This document shows positions 60,063 to 64,000 of a DNA stretch of 64,000 nt, one piece after another. A program made the position numbers and the translations under genes. Position 1 is the first letter of the stretch. Each line of letters starts with the position of its first letter. This DNA is from Penicillus capitatus (taxonomy: Eukaryota; Plantae; Chlorophyta): the NCBI GenBank assembly GCA_965649825.1, contig OZ287700.1, forward strand, positions 1,426,001 to 1,490,000. The letters are read 5' to 3'. The notes under the pieces were generated by a model. It had not been told where the DNA came from. It searched no databases and worked only from the letters and a program-made list of their open reading frames with translations.

Positions 60063-61573
60063 ATGAACAATACATTGTCTTCCCAGAGCGTCGCTGTGGC
60101 ACTAAGGAATTTCATAATCCTGATTGTATTCCTTATCCGCCCTGCTGTCTCTCAGAACGAATGCCTCTGTTCAACGACTGGTCGGAGCAACGGTGTCGAA
60201 GTCGATAAGCCGGGATGCATGTTACAGTCCGAGTCTGCAACGGAGCCAACCTGCTATGCCCAGAATTCAACCAACTGCAAAGAACACATGGAATCCATTG
60301 AGTATCCTGGTGCTGCTCTCATTCCGTGTTCCGTCGAAGACGCCTTGTACACGGCGGCTGAATTGAATGATGTCGATTCGATTGTCCGATTTCGCGAGCT
60401 CGGAGTTTCACTTGATACTAAGAGAAACGTTTCTTACGGCCCTTTCGGATATGAAGTCTTCTCGGTTATCGAGTATGCCGTTGTCTGGGGCAGCTTTGAT
60501 GTCATCGAAGATATGATTGTCAATGATGATTACAATTGCAACGACCACGTTTCTCTTTTCAACAGACTTTGTCGTCTGTCGAATGAGAAACACTGTCATG
60601 AAGACGACGAAAGAAGGAAAGCAATGCAGGGTTTCCTCAATATGTTTGCCGGACTAAGTTGTGATGGTGGGGTAAGCGATTCGCATACAAGGAACAGAAT
60701 CGATTACTCTGCTGCAGGCCATTGCTGACATTTTTGTGGAACCAGCACCGGGCGGGAAGCTAATGGAAATACTGGCAATGGCTGAATCTGTAGGTGTAGA
60801 TGCTCCCTGCACTGAATACACCTATTTTGCTTCATTGCGCACATCACAAGATAACGGGTATCATCACATTTGCGGCGGCGTGCTCGTTTCGAAGAACGCG
60901 GTACTTACTGCTGCACATTGTGTGGATGGAACCGGAGGTTTGAACGTCCGACTTCTTGTGCTGAATGCACGCTCCAGTGCAGGCAACGGGGGTTCATGTA
61001 CTCCGGATTTCGAAGTGCGCCTTTCTTTCTAACGACAATCAAAGTGAATCCGTTGTTCTGCAGAGCCGAAGCGTGGCATCAATCGAGATCCATCCAGATT
61101 GGTATAAGGGAAAAAATCCCCAGGCCCTAGGCAATGGATATGATTTAGCCCTGATCAAGCTGAATAAACCATCTGGTAAGAAGCCGGTCAAGCTTCAGAA
61201 AAAGAACGCCAGAACGGGGAATACCTTGAATTTCGTCGGACTCGGAAGGCAAAGCTCTCGTGGCGGTTTTTCGTCTACCTTGCAAGTGGGCAGCGTGTCT
61301 GTTCTCGACAAGGACAACTGCGAAGAAGCGTACAACACAGTCTTCCCAAAGAGTGTCCTCTGCAGTGACAGTGCATCAGAGTTCTGTGACGGAGATCAAG
61401 GAGGACCGTTGATTGATACGACATCGAAGAAAGACAAACTGGTGGCCATTGCACATTTGAGAGATCCATCAGATGACTGCGGCACGTCGGACTTCCCTGG
61501 ATTATACGCCGACATAAGGCAGTCGGGGAGCTGGATTAAGAAGACGTTGAAGAAGTTCTCCAAAAAATCTTGA
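60063..61573 (+). CDS. Secreted fusion protein: signal peptide, Cys-rich module, degenerate ankyrin-like segment, trypsin-fold domain with catalytic Ser replaced by Gln
   Basis: Introns 60672..60717 and 61015..61063 join ORFs 59934, 60736 and 60965 in frame. ICGGVLVSKNAVLTAAHC, YDLALIKL and DGDQGGPL. Confidence 0.8.
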
Positions 61574-63318
61574 AGATCAGCGCTTTCGTTTGCACCTTTG
61601 AATCAAGCCATACTGTAAAGTCCTCTTTTAGCTTTTATCATGTCTGCCTGTCTGACTGCCTTTATGAAATTCTGAACACGCGCAAACTACATTTCTGAGT
61701 GTCACTGTACCAGTTTCACTTCCATTAATCTTTCATCATTGTGAGTGAACGTTCTCGTTCGTGCGCTATTGGATGAAGCCTTTGGTGTGTCTCCTCTGCT
61801 TGAGGCAGAACAGATAGTCCTCGTCGGACGTTTCTAACACCTCCAAGAAAGACTCCGCTTGACACGATCCCTAACATTCGGATGCAGAGCTCAGGTGTAG
61901 CTGAGTGTTGCAGTCGTCGAGAGTGGCCTGCGAGTCAACATGCCTTCGTTCGACCTTGCTGGCCCCATTAGATTGCCATGGTGCGGAAATCGACGACGCG
62001 ATCATCCACGTCGAGACGTGTGCATAACGGCCACCTGCGGACGCGCATGGCATTGAAAACTGGGCAAGTTCTGAGCCTATATAAACAGAACGTCTGTTAG
62101 ATGAGGACCAAGGAACACCTTATCGGTTGTGGTGTTTCATCGACGGCGTCGTTCGGCGACAAACCAAATTACTGAACTAACTTCAAAGGAGCACGAAGAA
62201 GACAAGTGTTTGACTGCAGAGTAGTGACCTACCGCACTCCTATCCCTTGCGCAGAGAATCGCTGGATCGTCTTTTAGGGATGTTTTGATCTTTGGCCGTG
62301 AAGGAGAATAGCAATGCGGGTTGATAAAACACTTACAGAAGGAAGCATTGACCGATTTCGTGACGGAGGTTGAACCCAATGGTTTCACAGTGTCGAGTCA
62401 GCAGAATAAGCGTCGGAGACATTTTCCAGTCAGTGAGATCGATCTCTTTTCTGTCGCCGATCACACACACATTCTGATTCGGAGAATGAACAATATTGTA
62501 CAGGTATGATTCAACGGGACAACGAATTCTGGATTTGCATCCTACTCGGAACTAAACAGCTTAGGGACCCTCTGTCGTTCGGATGGCTCGATAGAGATGG
62601 CACAGCAGCGTTGGCAGCTTCACCAAAACAGTTGATTGACGCTCATCATATGATAAAGCGTTTGTGTCAGTGATTTGTAAGTGCACTTGGGATTCGATCC
62701 GTCGTTTCGGCAACGAACTTACTCTGTTCTTTCATCACTTTCACGAGGCTCCCTAGATAATCGGTCCAGCGTTGCAAGAAGATTCTAGATTTGGCCATTC
62801 GCTGAAATCTCGCCAGTTTTTCGCACGGGCTGCTTTTGTCGATGCTCTTGTTCTCTTTATGTCCGTTTCTTCGCAAGGACGTTTATTTTCTCTCACTCCA
62901 GTAAAACAGAGGATATTTAGAAAACGATCAAACCCCCTTCTGTGGGCTGCTGCTGAGGTGAGGAAAGCCTCCTGGTTTGTGACCGAGGCTGCGAAGGAGA
63001 TGAATGGATGTCAACCACGGAATACTCTGTTTGATGTGGGGTTTAGCGAGTAGCCTTTGATCAGCACATGGTGGAAACAGCGCTATCCTTCTTCGCGTCT
63101 ATCATCGCAAGACGTCTGTTGGTTAAGAGAGACAGGGATATCCATCAGATTCGTTATTCTGTTGCAGATAGACGCACAAGCGATATCAGCAAAAATCGGA
63201 GATCTCTCTAATAATTGAAAGGGTCTTTTGCAGCTGATAGATTCCATGCGCAAATTCCGAGCCATCATTTGCAGTCCTTTTCGTTTGTAGCCCTCGGTGT
63301 CGTCGACCCGTTTCAAAA

Positions 63319-63644
63319 ATGGCAGACAAAACTCTTGTTCTTCTACTGATCTTCTGTGTTGGCTTCATGCTCTCTGTGCCACATACGGAAGGGCGAAACA
63401 TGCAACCAGGCGATTTTTCCGACTTCGGTCTACAGGCCGCGGTTGCCGAATCAAATGCCGGACCTCCCCTCCCGGCAACGGAGACGGTGGTGACGAAACC
63501 GCTACCGAAACCTTCGTGTACGCCTTCGGTAAGACGCAAACGCCGCGTGATCGGCGTGAGTCATCTTGTTCGATTCAGGGATTCGAGTGCTCTTCGTCGG
63601 TGGAATGTTGCAGCAATGAGTGTGTCTATTATATCTGTAGCTGA
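63319..63644 (+). CDS. Secreted 91-aa precursor ending in an inhibitor-cystine-knot-like peptide; join(63319..63528,63579..63644)
   Basis: Signal MADKTLVLLLIFCVGFMLSVPHTEG; phase-0 intron GTAAG...TTCAG (50 nt); spliced C-terminus CTPSGFECSSSVECCSNECVYYICS-stop. Confidence 0.8.
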
Positions 63645-64000
63645 GTTCGAAGGCACTCATGTCTTTCGCCGTTGTCGACTTGAACCCTTTTTGCACAAAG
63701 TCTACCGACGCTCTCTGTTAAACGCGTGGATGATGCTCGGCGTTAGATAGAGCGAATGCAATACGTCGTCTTCAAGCGGATCATCGAAAGGCTCTTCGTG
63801 GCCACGCGCCGTTCATCGTGAGCAGACCCTCGATCATTGTCCGACGAAAAAATCGTCTCCAGAGCGTCCTGGTATCGAAGTGTCACGACGAGATTCTGCG
63901 ATCTGCGGCCTCTGTCCTCCCCGGATGAGTCATGCCGTTGCATACACAGAGCGTTGGTTGGCAGTTTTGTCATGATCGATGGAAAACGATGTTCGTCAGA

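Noticed and set aside
62078-62510. TATA box followed by YRLWCFIDG (Crinkler-like N-terminus?) and a 62-aa ORF
   Set aside because: Frames close quickly and no coherent spliced model or downstream domain was found.
1-64000. Non-standard genetic code (TAA/TAG as Gln, as in some ulvophytes)
   Set aside because: Long conserved ORFs contain no in-frame TAA/TAG, and several conserved proteins end properly at TAA or TAG.
1-64000. CRISPR arrays, rRNA, tRNA, LTR or TIR elements
   Set aside because: None recognised by inspection; tRNAscan-SE and Infernal would be needed to exclude small RNAs.

Overview
Gene-dense eukaryotic nuclear DNA in the standard genetic code, with very short GT-AG introns (those I resolved are 43-61 nt). 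The gene set (plastid-targeted DXR, UROS, DUF1350, CRTISO-like, mTERF and POLLUX/PEC-like, plus ciliary WDR92 and XRN1) points to a green alga with a flagellated stage; this is an inference. Most of the window is housekeeping genes packed with intergenic gaps down to 0-100 bp. The unusual parts are: (1) a full-length XRN1-like gene (54.3-58.8 kb) that has lost nearly all catalytic residues; (2) a decayed, internally deleted second copy of it (30.0-36.8 kb), whose promoter region abuts the DXR start codon and which is interrupted by an intact 5.2-kb APE-RT non-LTR retrotransposon with a perfect 13-bp TSD and a (CAT)n tail; (3) several secreted or surface proteins with odd architectures: a Venus-flytrap/Cys-rich/multi-TM receptor, a signal-peptide ankyrin protein, a Cys-rich/ANK-like/dead-trypsin fusion and an intron-split knottin (C-C-CC-C-C) precursor; (4) a FetA/FetB-type ABC ATPase and permease pair that is either fused by a 59-nt intron or operon-like. 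Gene models were assembled by eye without alignments or transcripts, so some ends are approximate. No rRNA, tRNA or CRISPR array was recognised.
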